Shown: positions 1 through 7,839 of the stretch, one piece after another | How positions within the stretch are numbered: position 1 is the first letter of the stretch | Layout: each line of letters starts with the position of its first letter | Origin: Bdellovibrionales bacterium | GTDB lineage: Bacteria > Bdellovibrionota > Bdellovibrionia > Bdellovibrionales > UBA1609 | Reading direction: 5' to 3' | Assembly: GCA_965247685.1 (NCBI GenBank) | Contig: OZ252021.1 | Location: forward strand, 210,001-242,000 | DNA length: 32,000 bases | Position numbers and translations under genes: made by a program | The notes under the pieces: model-generated | What the model saw: the letters and a program-made list of their open reading frames with translations, nothing else | What the model was told of the DNA's origin: nothing | Databases searched by the model: none

Positions 1-643
1 AGCAGGTTTTTTTGATATAACACAACTTAATATAACACAACTCCTCCTCAGACACGGAGTAGATCTAAACATCCCAGATACAGACGGTCGAACACCTTTA
101 CACCTAGCAGTTCTCAGAGGCAATACTGATATGGTACAAACTGTACTTGAAAAGGGAGCAAAGCTAAATATCCAAGATGAAATGGGTCGAACACCTTTAC
201 ACCTGGCAGCCGCTGAAAATTATGAAAATGTGGTACAAACTCTCCTCGAACACGGAGCAAAGCCAAATATCCCAGATACAGACGGTCGAACACCTTTACA
301 CCTAGCAGTTCTCGGAGGTAATGCTGATACGGTACAAACCCTACTTGAAAAGAGAGTAGATTCAAATATCCAAGATGAAATGGGTCGAACACCTTTACAT
401 TGGGCTACTGCTGAAGGTTATGAAGGTGTGGTACAAATTCTCCTCGAACACAAAGCAGATCCGAATATCCCAGATAACATGGGTGAAACAGCTTTACATC
501 TGGCAGTCAAAGTAGGTTTTTTTAATATAGCACAACTCCTCCTCAGACACGGAGCAGATCTAAATATCTCAGATAAAAATGGTCGAACAGCTTTCAGTTT
601 AGCAACTCTCAGAGGTCATAAGTTAGTAGATTATGATCTGTGA
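1..643 (+). CDS. Ankyrin-repeat protein, 5' end outside the window (partial)
   Basis: The frame is open from nt 2 (AGFFDITQLNITQLLLRHGVDLNIPDTDGRTPLHLAVLRGNTDMV...). It contains repeated 33-aa units fitting the ANK consensus G-TPLH-A---G----V--LL--GA--N. It ends RGHKLVDYDL* without the C-terminal tail shared by the downstream paralogs. Confidence 0.85.
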   Translation, partial: AGFFDITQLNITQLLLRHGVDLNIPDTDGRTPLHLAVLRGNTDMVQTVLEKGAKLNIQDEMGRTPLHLAAAENYENVVQTLLEHGAKPNIPDTDGRTPLHLAVLGGNADTVQTLLEKRVDSNIQDEMGRTPLHWATAEGYEGVVQILLEHKADPNIPDNMGETALHLAVKVGFFNIAQLLLRHGADLNISDKNGRTAFSLATLRGHKLVDYDL

Positions 644-984
644 ATTTATGGGATGGGAATCTAATCCTAAGAAGCTAGGGAACGATGGAATTGACGGTTA
701 GGTTAATAGAGGAAACACACCTATTCAAATAAAGAATCATAGGAAAGTAGTTAGTAGACTTGAAATTCAAAAGTTTTTAGGAGCAATAACCAATTATGAT
801 TCTGGTATATCTGCAGCTTGGAAATTCATTCCCTCTTCTTTTGAATATAACGCTAAGATTAAAGGTAGAAAAGCTTAAACCTCCTCGCCCTATGGAAAGA
901 AAAAAAGAGCGTATCAAAATCGTTTTCCAATAAATGTGTAAATCTTTCACTGAATGATGCATAGTCTTATAGTTTACTTCACTA

Positions 985-1025
985 TGTAATTATTACACAT
1001 ACGCTCTAATTGGATTGATTATATT
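985..1025 (+). promoter_or_regulatory. Palindrome TGTAA-N3-TTACA plus -10-like hexamer (candidate regulated promoter of the ANK gene at 1159)
   Basis: TGTAATTATTACA at 985-997, then 22 nt, then TATATT at 1020-1025. The same architecture recurs at the paralogs. Confidence 0.5.
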
Positions 1026-1087
1026 CATCTTTTACAGGTAAAGTAACTTCCTCAGTAGTAATCGTTTGGACCGTACAAAGGTCAGTT

Positions 1088-1132
1088 ATGAAAACTTATG
1101 TTTCTGATTATTATAGGGTTGTTTTTAAGTAG
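1088..1132 (+). promoter_or_regulatory. Conserved short upstream ORF in the ANK leader (MKTYVSDYYRVVFK*)
   Basis: ATG 1088 has AAAGG 6 nt upstream. The 14-codon ORF stops 26 nt before the main ATG. Homologous ORFs lie at 6578 and 7769. The same ATG serves as the gene start at 2573 and 5463. Confidence 0.35.
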
Positions 1133-1158
1133 AATATTACTATAAGGATGTAATCAAC

Positions 1159-2163
1159 ATGAAAAACTTAATAAATTTATTCGCTCATTTATTCACTCTT
1201 TTGAGTTTGTCAGTAATCGGGACAATAATATGTTTTACTGCTTATGCAGGAGCAGGAGCAGGAGTAGCAGCAGTAGCAGAATCAAAACAGCAACTTTCGT
1301 CACAATTAAACAACCGAGGAACTAAACTTCTCTTAGCATTGAAATTGGGAAATCTTGCAGCAGTTATGAAACTTTTTTCAGAAGAAAAAACATTAATAAA
1401 TCCGAATGTCAAAGGTGGTATATTGGGTCAAACAGCTTTACACCTAGCAGCCGAAAAAGGGATTTTAGGGATAATAATATCCCTAATCGAGAACTACAAC
1501 GCAAAACTAAATCTCAAAGATAACAAAGGTAAAACAGCTTTACTTATAGCAATTGAATCAGGTCATGCAGATGTGGCGCTACTTCTAATTACAAAGGGAG
1601 CAGATCTAAAGAGCTCAGATAATAATGGTCTAACACCTTTACTTGCAGCAATTAAAGTAGGTCATAAAGGTGTGGTAGAAGCTCTATTTAATAATGGAAT
1701 AAAAGATCTAGGCCAAAATAAAATGGGTTACACAGCTTTGCATTGGGCAACTCTCTACGGTCATTTAAAGATAATGAGGTTTTTAATCACCCTCGGCGAT
1801 GGCGAAGAAAAAAAACTAGATGCCCTAGATGCCAAAGATAAAGGAGGTCTAACACCTTTAATGGGAGCTGCCAAACAAGGTAATTCAGGTGCGGTACAAC
1901 TTCTACTTGAGTACGGAGCAGATTCGAATATCCCAGATAACGGGGGTCTAACAGCTTTACATTGGGCAGCTTTCTTTGGTCATGAACATGTGGTAGAAGC
2001 TCTAGCTGAAGCGGGAGCAGATCCAAATGCCCAAAATAATAGAAATGAAACACCTTTAGGTTTAGCAATTGAAGCACGTCATGATGGTGTGGCAAAAATT
2101 CTCCGCCAACACAGAGCAGTCTCAGGTGGAAACAGTTGTAGACAAATTATTCACTCCATTTGA
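1159..2163 (+). CDS. Secreted ankyrin-repeat protein (334 aa)
   Basis: ATG 1159 has AAGGA about 10 nt upstream. The N-terminus MKNLINLFAHLFTLLSLSVIGTIICFTAYA/GAGAG looks like a Sec signal peptide. There are about seven ANK units (GQTALHLAAEKG..., GKTALLIAIESGHADVALLLITKGADL...). It ends with the shared tail AVSGGNSCRQIIHSI*. Confidence 0.9.
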   Translation: MKNLINLFAHLFTLLSLSVIGTIICFTAYAGAGAGVAAVAESKQQLSSQLNNRGTKLLLALKLGNLAAVMKLFSEEKTLINPNVKGGILGQTALHLAAEKGILGIIISLIENYNAKLNLKDNKGKTALLIAIESGHADVALLLITKGADLKSSDNNGLTPLLAAIKVGHKGVVEALFNNGIKDLGQNKMGYTALHWATLYGHLKIMRFLITLGDGEEKKLDALDAKDKGGLTPLMGAAKQGNSGAVQLLLEYGADSNIPDNGGLTALHWAAFFGHEHVVEALAEAGADPNAQNNRNETPLGLAIEARHDGVAKILRQHRAVSGGNSCRQIIHSI

Positions 2164-2472
2164 AAATAGCTCACTCTCTATGCAGAAGTAATATCAACAC
2201 TTAAAAAAACTACAACCGCAAGTTTATCACAGGTGATGTTTCACCTGTAGCTGTTAGAGTGACAGCAGATAGACTTATATCAAAAGATTTTGTTGAATAT
2301 AATGTTAAATCCTTACCAAGCATAAAATACAAAAAATTATATAAGAAAAAAGTAAAAAAAGAAAAGCTTAAACCTCATCACCCCATGGAAAGAGAAAGAG
2401 ATCGTATCAAAATCGTTGTCCCATAACTGTGTAAAATCTCCACTGAATTATGCACAGTTTAATAATTCACTA
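2164..2472 (+). repeat. Type A inter-cassette spacer (about 300 nt, repeated)
   Basis: Near-identical to 5062-5361, and its 3' third matches 870-984. It begins with the common 3' module CTCACTCT-TATGCAGAAGTA...ACTACAACCGCAAGTTTATCACA. It contains a perfect 8-bp stem-loop ACAGGTGA-TGTT-TCACCTGT at 2229-2248. Confidence 0.85.
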
Positions 2473-2514
2473 TGTAATAATTACATATACTCTCTAATTG
2501 GATTGATTTATATT
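2473..2514 (+). promoter_or_regulatory. Palindrome plus -10-like hexamer upstream of the ANK gene at 2573
   Basis: TGTAATAATTACA at 2473-2485, then 23 nt, then TATATT at 2509-2514. Confidence 0.5.
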
Positions 2515-2572
2515 CATTAGGTAAACTAACTTGCTCAGTAGTAATCCGTTTTAACCCACACAAAGGTCAGTT

Positions 2573-3151
2573 ATGAAAACTTATGTTATCGGGACAATAA
2601 TATGTTTTACTGCTTATGCAGGAGCAGGAGCATCAGAATATCGATTTTTCTTAGCAGTTAAATCTGGAGATATTCAAAAAGTTAAAGAAATCTTGTCAAA
2701 AAAAATAATAGATATAAATACCCACAATAAAAAAGATGAAATAGCTTTAAACCTGGCAGCCGAACGAGGTAATGTAGGTATGTTACAAATTCTCCTCGAA
2801 CTCGGAGCAAAGCTAAATAAAACAGATAAAGAGGACCTTACAGCCTTACATTGGGCAGTTCTCGGAGGTAATGCTGATGTGATACGAACTCTCTTCGAAC
2901 ACGGAGCAGATTTGAATACCCCAGATGAAAGGGGCGAAACAGCCTTACATTGGGCAGTCGCTGAAGGTTATGAAGATCTGGTACGAATTCTCCTCGAACT
3001 CGGAGCAGATCTGAATAAAAAAGATAACTGGGATCAAACACCTTTAGGTTTAGCAATTAAAGCACGTCATGATGGTGTGGTAAAAATTCTCCGCCAACAC
3101 GGAGCAGTCTCAGGTGGAAACAGTTGTAGACAAATTATTCACTCCATTTGA
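2573..3151 (+). CDS. Ankyrin-repeat protein (192 aa) with a shortened signal peptide
   Basis: It has about four ANK units and the tail AVSGGNSCRQIIHSI*. The start ATG 2573 is the ATG that opens the short upstream ORF in the paralogs. Here it is fused in frame to the signal-peptide core (MKTYV-IGTIICFTAYAGAGA). Confidence 0.85.
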   Translation: MKTYVIGTIICFTAYAGAGASEYRFFLAVKSGDIQKVKEILSKKIIDINTHNKKDEIALNLAAERGNVGMLQILLELGAKLNKTDKEDLTALHWAVLGGNADVIRTLFEHGADLNTPDERGETALHWAVAEGYEDLVRILLELGADLNKKDNWDQTPLGLAIKARHDGVVKILRQHGAVSGGNSCRQIIHSI

Positions 3152-3317
3152 AAATAACTCACTCTCTATGCAGAAGTAAAATTAACACTTAAATAAAACT
3201 ACAACCGCAAGTTTATCACATTTGAGCAACTATTTAAAAAAGAACTTACAGTTGTTTTTAGTATAAATATTCAAGAACTTTTTAACTTTTGATTTTTAAC
3301 TTTTGATGATGAAACTA
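3152..3317 (+). repeat. Type B inter-cassette spacer (about 165 nt, repeated)
   Basis: It shares the first 70 nt or so with type A, then reads CACATTTGAGCAACTATTTAAAAAAGAACTTACAGTTGTTTTTAGTATAAATATTCAAGAACTTTTTAACTTTTGAT...GATGATGAAACTA up to the palindrome. The second copy is at 7506-7663, and the last 20 nt or so recur at 6470-6487. Confidence 0.85.
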
Positions 3318-3359
3318 TGTAAATATTACATACATACTCTATATCAGTTTGATTATATT
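3318..3359 (+). promoter_or_regulatory. Palindrome plus -10-like hexamer upstream of the ANK gene at 3469
   Basis: TGTAAATATTACA at 3318-3330, then 23 nt, then TATATT at 3354-3359. Confidence 0.5.
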
Positions 3360-3468
3360 CATTCAATAAGGTAACAGTAATTGTTTGGAGAGATAAGTTA
3401 TAAAAACTTATACTTCTGATTATTATGGGTTTGTTTTTAAATATGATCTCATTACAAGGGTGTATAAT

Positions 3469-5061
3469 ATGAAAAACTTAATAAAATTATTAGCTCATTT
3501 ATTCACTATCATTCTTTTGAGTTTGTCAGTAATCGCAACCGCTCATGCAGACAAAGTAGAATTAAATGAGAAATTTTTCTCAGCAGTTGAATCTGGAGAT
3601 ATTCAACAAGTTAACGAAATGTTGTCAAAAAAAACAGTAGATCTAAATACCAAAAATGAAAAGGGTCTAACACCTTTAATTATAGCTGCCGAACTAGGTC
3701 ATGAGCATGTGGTAGAATCCCTACTCAAACACGGAGCAGATCCAAATATCGAAAGTACAAAAACTATCAAAAATTCTACTTGGGATCAGCAAACTGCTTT
3801 ACATAAGGCAGCTCGCAAGGGCAATGTAAAGGTGATAAAAATTCTCTTTGACTACGGAGCAGATCTAGATAAAGGAGATTGGATGGGTATCACAGCTTTA
3901 CTTATGGCAGCCAAAAATGGTCATATAGATGCGGTACGAACTCTCCTCAAACTCGGAGCAGATCCAAATAAAAAAAGTCATATGGGAACCACTCCTTTAC
4001 GTCGGGCAGCTCTCAATGGTTATAGTAATGTGATAATAGCTTTAGTTACAAATGGAGCAAAAATAGATGCCAAAAGTAACGAAGGTAGCACAGCTTTACA
4101 CATGGCAACCGAACGAGGTCATGAGCATGTGGTACAAACTCTCCTCAAACTCGGAGCAAATCCAAATGAAGAAAATAATTTGAAAGAAACTAGTTTATAT
4201 TGGGCAGCTCGCAAGGGGCATACTGATGTGATAATAGCTTTAGTTAAAAATGGAGCAAATATAGATGCCAGAAGTAAAGGAGGTCTAACACCTTTACATA
4301 TAGCAGCTCACAATGGTAATGCTGATGCGATACGCACTCTCATCGAACTCGGAGCAGATTTGAATACCCCAGATGAAAGGGGTGAAACAGCTTTACATAC
4401 GGCAACTCGCAAGGGCAATGATACTATAGTAAGAATGCTAGTTCAAAACAAAGTAGATATAGATGCCAAAAATAAAGGAGGTAAAACAGCTTTAGATTTG
4501 GCAATTGAACAAGGAGATTATACAGGTGTTGTGACAGTTGTGGAAAATATTCTCCATGTCGCTCATGCAGACAAAGTAGAATTAAATGAGAAACTTTTCT
4601 CAGCAGTTAAATCTGGGGATATTCAAAAAGTTAACAAAATTTTGTCAAAAAAAATAATAGATCTAGATATCCAAAATAGAAAGGGTCGAACAGTTTTAAT
4701 TATAGCTGCCGAACTAGGTCATGAGCATGTGGTAGAATCCTTACTCAAACACGGAGCAGATCCAAATCAAGAAAATAATTTGAGAGAAACAGCTTTACAT
4801 ATAGCAGCTGACAATGGTTATTTTGGCATAGTACAACTTCTCCTCAAATCTGGAGCAAATCCAGATATCCAAAATACCAATAATTACAAAGCTTTAGATC
4901 TAGCAATGAGAACACCAACTTTAGATTCAGCAACTAAAAAACCTTACTTAGATATAATAGCTCTACTCAGCGAAAAAACAAAGATAGGTTTCCTAAAAAG
5001 AGCGCGTGTAAAAAGGATATTAAAAAAGTGTAGTAAAACTATCGGTTCCATAGGAAAATAA
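3469..5061 (+). CDS. Secreted ankyrin-repeat protein (530 aa), in-frame fusion of two cassettes
   Basis: ATG 3469 (MKNLIKLLAHLFTIILLSLSVIATAHA/DKVELNEK) has AAGGG upstream; the track start at 3460 is a GTG. It has about 12 ANK units. The mature N-terminal sequence AHADKVELNEK...GHEHVVESLLKHGADPN recurs internally exactly 1020 nt later (3541-3745 versus 4561-4765). The tail is a variant: KKCSKTIGSIGK*. Confidence 0.85.
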   Translation: MKNLIKLLAHLFTIILLSLSVIATAHADKVELNEKFFSAVESGDIQQVNEMLSKKTVDLNTKNEKGLTPLIIAAELGHEHVVESLLKHGADPNIESTKTIKNSTWDQQTALHKAARKGNVKVIKILFDYGADLDKGDWMGITALLMAAKNGHIDAVRTLLKLGADPNKKSHMGTTPLRRAALNGYSNVIIALVTNGAKIDAKSNEGSTALHMATERGHEHVVQTLLKLGANPNEENNLKETSLYWAARKGHTDVIIALVKNGANIDARSKGGLTPLHIAAHNGNADAIRTLIELGADLNTPDERGETALHTATRKGNDTIVRMLVQNKVDIDAKNKGGKTALDLAIEQGDYTGVVTVVENILHVAHADKVELNEKLFSAVKSGDIQKVNKILSKKIIDLDIQNRKGRTVLIIAAELGHEHVVESLLKHGADPNQENNLRETALHIAADNGYFGIVQLLLKSGANPDIQNTNNYKALDLAMRTPTLDSATKKPYLDIIALLSEKTKIGFLKRARVKRILKKCSKTIGSIGK

Positions 5062-5361
5062 CTCACTCTCTATGCAGAAGTAAAATTAACACTTAAATAA
5101 AACTACAACCGCAAGTTTATCACAGGTGATGTTTCACCTGTAGCTGTTAGAGTGATAGCAGATAGACTTATATCAAAAGATTTTGTTGAATATAATGTTA
5201 AATCCTTACCAAGCATAAAATACAAAAAGTTATATAAGAAAAGAGTGAAAAAAAGCTTAAATCTCATCACCCCATGGAAAGAGAAAGAGATCGTATCAAA
5301 ATCGTTGCCCGATAACTGTGTAAAATCTCCACTGAATTAAGCACAGTGTAATAGTTCACTA
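5062..5361 (+). repeat. Type A inter-cassette spacer, second copy
   Basis: Aligns with 2164-2472, with a few substitutions and an indel in the A-run near 5245. The stem-loop ACAGGTGA-TGTT-TCACCTGT lies at 5122-5141. Confidence 0.85.
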
Positions 5362-5400
5362 TGAATTATTACACACATACTCTAATTAGTTGATCATATT
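5362..5400 (+). promoter_or_regulatory. Degenerate palindrome plus -10-like hexamer upstream of the ANK gene at 5463
   Basis: TGAATTATTACA at 5362-5373 (left arm lacks one T), then 21 nt, then CATATT at 5395-5400. Confidence 0.35.
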
Positions 5401-5462
5401 CCTTTTTTATAGGTAAACTAACTTGCTCAGTAGTAATCGTTTGGACTGCACAAAGGTCAGTT

Positions 5463-6074
5463 ATGAAAACTTATGTTATCGGAACAATAATATTTTTTAC
5501 TGCTTATGCAGGAGCAGGAACTTTGGAAGATCAATTTCTCTCAGCAGTTGGATCTGGAGATATTCAAAAAGTTAACAAAATTTTGTCAAAAAAAATAATA
5601 GATCTAGATATCCAAAATGAAAGGGGTCTAACAGCTTTACACCTGGCAGCCAAAAACGGTGACTTAAATATGGTAGAATCCCTACTCAAACACGGAGCAG
5701 ATCCGGATATCCAAGAAGAAGACAAAAAAACAGCTTTACTTATAGCAACTGAAAACGACCATTTTGATATAGCACAACTCCTCCTCAGACACGGAGCAGA
5801 TCCAAATCTCCAAAATGAACATGGTATAACAGCCTTACATTCAGTAGCTCTCAAAGGTAATGGAAGTATGGTACAAATTCTCCTCGAATACAGAGCAGAT
5901 CCAAATAAAAAAGATAAATGGGGTAGAACGGCTTTAAGTTTAGCAATTAAAGCAGGTCACTTAGATGTAATAGCTCTACTCCATGAAGAAACAGCACATA
6001 GTATCCAAGATAAAGTGAACTCCATGCTTCTAAAGTTGGAATCAAAGTGTAAAGATCTCGTCAGCTCCATTTGA
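5463..6074 (+). CDS. Ankyrin-repeat protein (203 aa) with a shortened signal peptide
   Basis: The N-terminus MKTYVIGTIIFFTAYAGAG shows the same upstream-ORF-ATG fusion as the gene at 2573. It has about four ANK units. The C-terminus ...ESKCKDLVSSI* keeps the Cys-x5-SI end. Confidence 0.85.
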   Translation: MKTYVIGTIIFFTAYAGAGTLEDQFLSAVGSGDIQKVNKILSKKIIDLDIQNERGLTALHLAAKNGDLNMVESLLKHGADPDIQEEDKKTALLIATENDHFDIAQLLLRHGADPNLQNEHGITALHSVALKGNGSMVQILLEYRADPNKKDKWGRTALSLAIKAGHLDVIALLHEETAHSIQDKVNSMLLKLESKCKDLVSSI

Positions 6075-6124
6075 AAATAGCTCACTCTTCTATGCAGAAG
6101 TAAAATCAACACTTAGAAAATAAA

Positions 6125-6139
6125 TGGCATTCCCTACGG
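6125..6139 (-). pseudogene. Fragment of the tRNA-Glu 3' end (duplicated junction)
   Basis: TGGCATTCCCTACGG at 6125-6139 is identical to 8922-8936, the 3' acceptor/CCA end of the intact tRNA-Glu. The identity extends about 60 nt leftwards into the ANK 3' flank (6066-6139 versus 8863-8936, one mismatch). After position 6139 only weak similarity to the T-arm remains. Confidence 0.75.
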
Positions 6140-6378
6140 ACTACTAACCGGAGTATCCTGTTAAAATTTTGTATTTTGATGTAGTTCTAATTGTACTATA
6201 TACTCCTATTTACATAAGTATGATTATTAAGCAATAATTATAGCATCATCCGAGTAGTAATATCTTTTATTTCTTTTGGATATTTTTCACACTTTTGTCC
6301 TTTTCCTTTAGGTAGCAAATGCCATTTGAACGTTCAAAAAGAATCAATTCAATTTTTAGAACCACTATTTGTTAAATC

Positions 6379-6492
6379 ATGAACATGTTGAGCAAAGAGC
6401 AAGTTTTACAAATGAACTATCCAGACTTCATTGGATTTATGGGGATGGAAAACACCTCCTTGTTGGAGGACTTTGATGATGAAACTATGTAA
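6379..6492 (+). pseudogene. Possible N-terminal remnant of a SAM-dependent methyltransferase gene
   Basis: The 37-codon ORF MNMLSKEQVLQMNYPDFIGFMGMENTSLLEDFDDETM* resembles, from memory, the N-termini of class I methyltransferases (..LSKEE.L.MNY.DF......N). From about 6470 the sequence becomes the type B spacer, so the ORF is cut off there. Confidence 0.25.
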
Positions 6493-6528
6493 GTATTACA
6501 TACATATTCTAATTAGTTTGACTATATT
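6488..6528 (+). promoter_or_regulatory. Palindrome plus -10-like hexamer upstream of the ANK gene at 6648
   Basis: TGTAAGTATTACA at 6488-6500, then 22 nt, then TATATT at 6523-6528. Confidence 0.5.
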
Positions 6529-6577
6529 CATTAGGTAAAGTAATTTGCTCATCAGTAATTATTTGGAAAGATAAGTT

Positions 6578-6646
6578 ATGAAAACTTATGCTTCTGATTA
6601 TTATGGGTTTGTTTTTAAGTATAATCTCATTACAAGGGGTGTATAA
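6578..6646 (+). promoter_or_regulatory. Conserved short upstream ORF in the ANK leader (MKTYASDYYGFVFKYNLITRGV*)
   Basis: ATG 6578. The stop TAA at 6644-6646 lies 1 nt before the main ATG 6648. Confidence 0.3.
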
Positions 6647-6647
6647 T

Positions 6648-7505
6648 ATGAAAAACTTAATAAAATTATTCGCTCATTCATTCACTATCACTCTTTTGAG
6701 TTTGTCAGTACTCGCAACCGCTCATGCAGAAAAAGTAGAATTAAATGAGAAATCTTTATCACCAGAAGAAAGGGAATTTTTCTCAGCAGTTAAATCTGGG
6801 GATAATAAAAGGGTTGAAGAAATTTTGTCAAAAGAAGATATAGATCTAAATATCCAAAATGAAAGGGGTCTAACAGCTTTAATGATAGCTGCCGAACTAG
6901 GTCATGAGCGTGTGGTAGAATCCCTACTCAAACACGGAGCAGATCCAAATATCGAAAGTAAAAATATCAAACATTCTACTTGGGATCAGAGCACTGCTTT
7001 ACATACGGCAGTTCGCAAGGGCAATGTAAAGTTGATAAAAATTCTCTATGACTACAAAGCAGATCTAGATAAAGGGGATTGGATGGATTACACAGCTTTA
7101 AACCAGGCAGCTGCTGAAAATAATGAAAATGTGGTACAAACTCTCCTCAAACTCGGAGCAGATCCAAATAAAGAAAATGAATTGAAAGAAACTACTTTAC
7201 ATGAGGCAGCTCGCATGGGTCATACTAATATGATAATAGCTTTAGTTACAAATGGAGCAAATATAGATGCCAAAGGTAGAGAAGGTCAAACAGCTTTACA
7301 TTGGGCAGCCTGGAACGGTCATGCAGGTCTGGTACAGGCCCTGCTCAAACTCGGAGCAGATTCAAATATCCAAGATGATAAATATAGAATAGCTTTAGAT
7401 TTTGCAATTACACGAGGTTATAAAGGTGTGGAAGATATTCTCCGTAAACACAAAGCAGTCTCAGGTGCAAACAACAGTTGTAAACAAACTATCAGCTCCA
7501 TTTGA
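6648..7505 (+). CDS. Secreted ankyrin-repeat protein (285 aa)
   Basis: ATG 6648 (MKNLIKLFAHSFTITLLSLSVLATAHA/EKVELNEK) has AAGGGG 8 nt upstream and matches the paralog starts. The track start at 6588 would add 20 non-conserved residues. It has about six ANK units and the tail AVSGANNSCKQTISSI*. Confidence 0.8.
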   Translation: MKNLIKLFAHSFTITLLSLSVLATAHAEKVELNEKSLSPEEREFFSAVKSGDNKRVEEILSKEDIDLNIQNERGLTALMIAAELGHERVVESLLKHGADPNIESKNIKHSTWDQSTALHTAVRKGNVKLIKILYDYKADLDKGDWMDYTALNQAAAENNENVVQTLLKLGADPNKENELKETTLHEAARMGHTNMIIALVTNGANIDAKGREGQTALHWAAWNGHAGLVQALLKLGADSNIQDDKYRIALDFAITRGYKGVEDILRKHKAVSGANNSCKQTISSI

Positions 7506-7663
7506 AAATAGCTCACTCTTCTATGCAGAAGTAGTCTCAACACTTAAAAAAACTACAACCGCAAGTTTATCACATTTGAGTAACTATTTAAAAAAGAACT
7601 TACAGTTGTTTTTAGTATAAATATTCAAGAACTTTTTAACTTTTGATTTTGATGATGAAACTA
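7506..7663 (+). repeat. Type B inter-cassette spacer, second copy
   Basis: Aligns with 3152-3317 almost base for base. Confidence 0.85.
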
Positions 7664-7719
7664 TGTAAGTATTACATACATATTCTAATCAGCTTGATTC
7701 TAATCAGCTTGATTATATT
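7664..7719 (+). promoter_or_regulatory. Palindrome plus -10-like hexamers upstream of the ANK gene at 7840
   Basis: TGTAAGTATTACA at 7664-7676, then 22 nt, then TCTAAT at 7699-7704. A 15-nt tandem duplication (TCTAATCAGCTTGAT x2, 7683-7712) moves the ancestral TATATT to 7714-7719. Confidence 0.45.
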
Positions 7720-7768
7720 CATTCAATAAGGTAACTTTCTCAGCAGTAATTATTTGGAAAGATAAGTT

Positions 7769-7813
7769 ATGAAGACTTGTACTTCTGATTATTATGGGTT
7801 TGTTTTTAAGTAG
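7769..7813 (+). promoter_or_regulatory. Conserved short upstream ORF in the ANK leader (MKTCTSDYYGFVFK*)
   Basis: ATG 7769, stop TAG at 7811-7813, 26 nt before the main ATG 7840. Confidence 0.35.
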
Positions 7814-7839
7814 AATATTACTATAAGGATGTAATCAAC

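Noticed and set aside
985-997. Equating the palindrome with a known operator (TyrR box TGTAAA-N6-TTTACA, GacA box TGTAAG-N6-CTTACA, CRP TGTGA-N6-TCACA).
   Set aside because: The half-sites are similar, but the spacing here is N3 (13 bp overall), which does not fit any of those consensus sites. I therefore do not assign a regulator family.
2140-2163. The C-terminal cysteine of the ANK tails as a eukaryotic CaaX prenylation motif, as in some Legionella ANK effectors.
   Set aside because: The Cys is eight residues from the end, not four, and the proteins carry Sec signal peptides. The motif does not satisfy the CaaX rule.
5152-5340. 62-aa ORF in the type A spacer, and the 61-aa minus-strand ORF at 777-962.
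   Set aside because: The homologous copy at 2260-2440 is shifted into another frame by an indel. The minus-strand frame has a stop in the 5062-5361 copy. The reading frame is not conserved between copies, so these are treated as non-coding or decayed.
114-5854. Antisense ORFs inside the ANK genes (114-392, 1787-2095, 2838-3056, 5564-5854).
   Set aside because: They lie wholly inside strongly supported ANK reading frames on the opposite strand. They translate to repetitive Leu/Phe/Pro-rich strings that mirror the ANK periodicity. They have no ribosome-binding site or independent conservation. They are a by-product of repeat codon usage.
7402-7620. 72-aa ORF overlapping the 3' end of the ANK gene at 6648-7505 and running into the type B spacer.
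   Set aside because: It is out of frame with a well-supported gene, continues into conserved non-coding spacer and has no ribosome-binding site.
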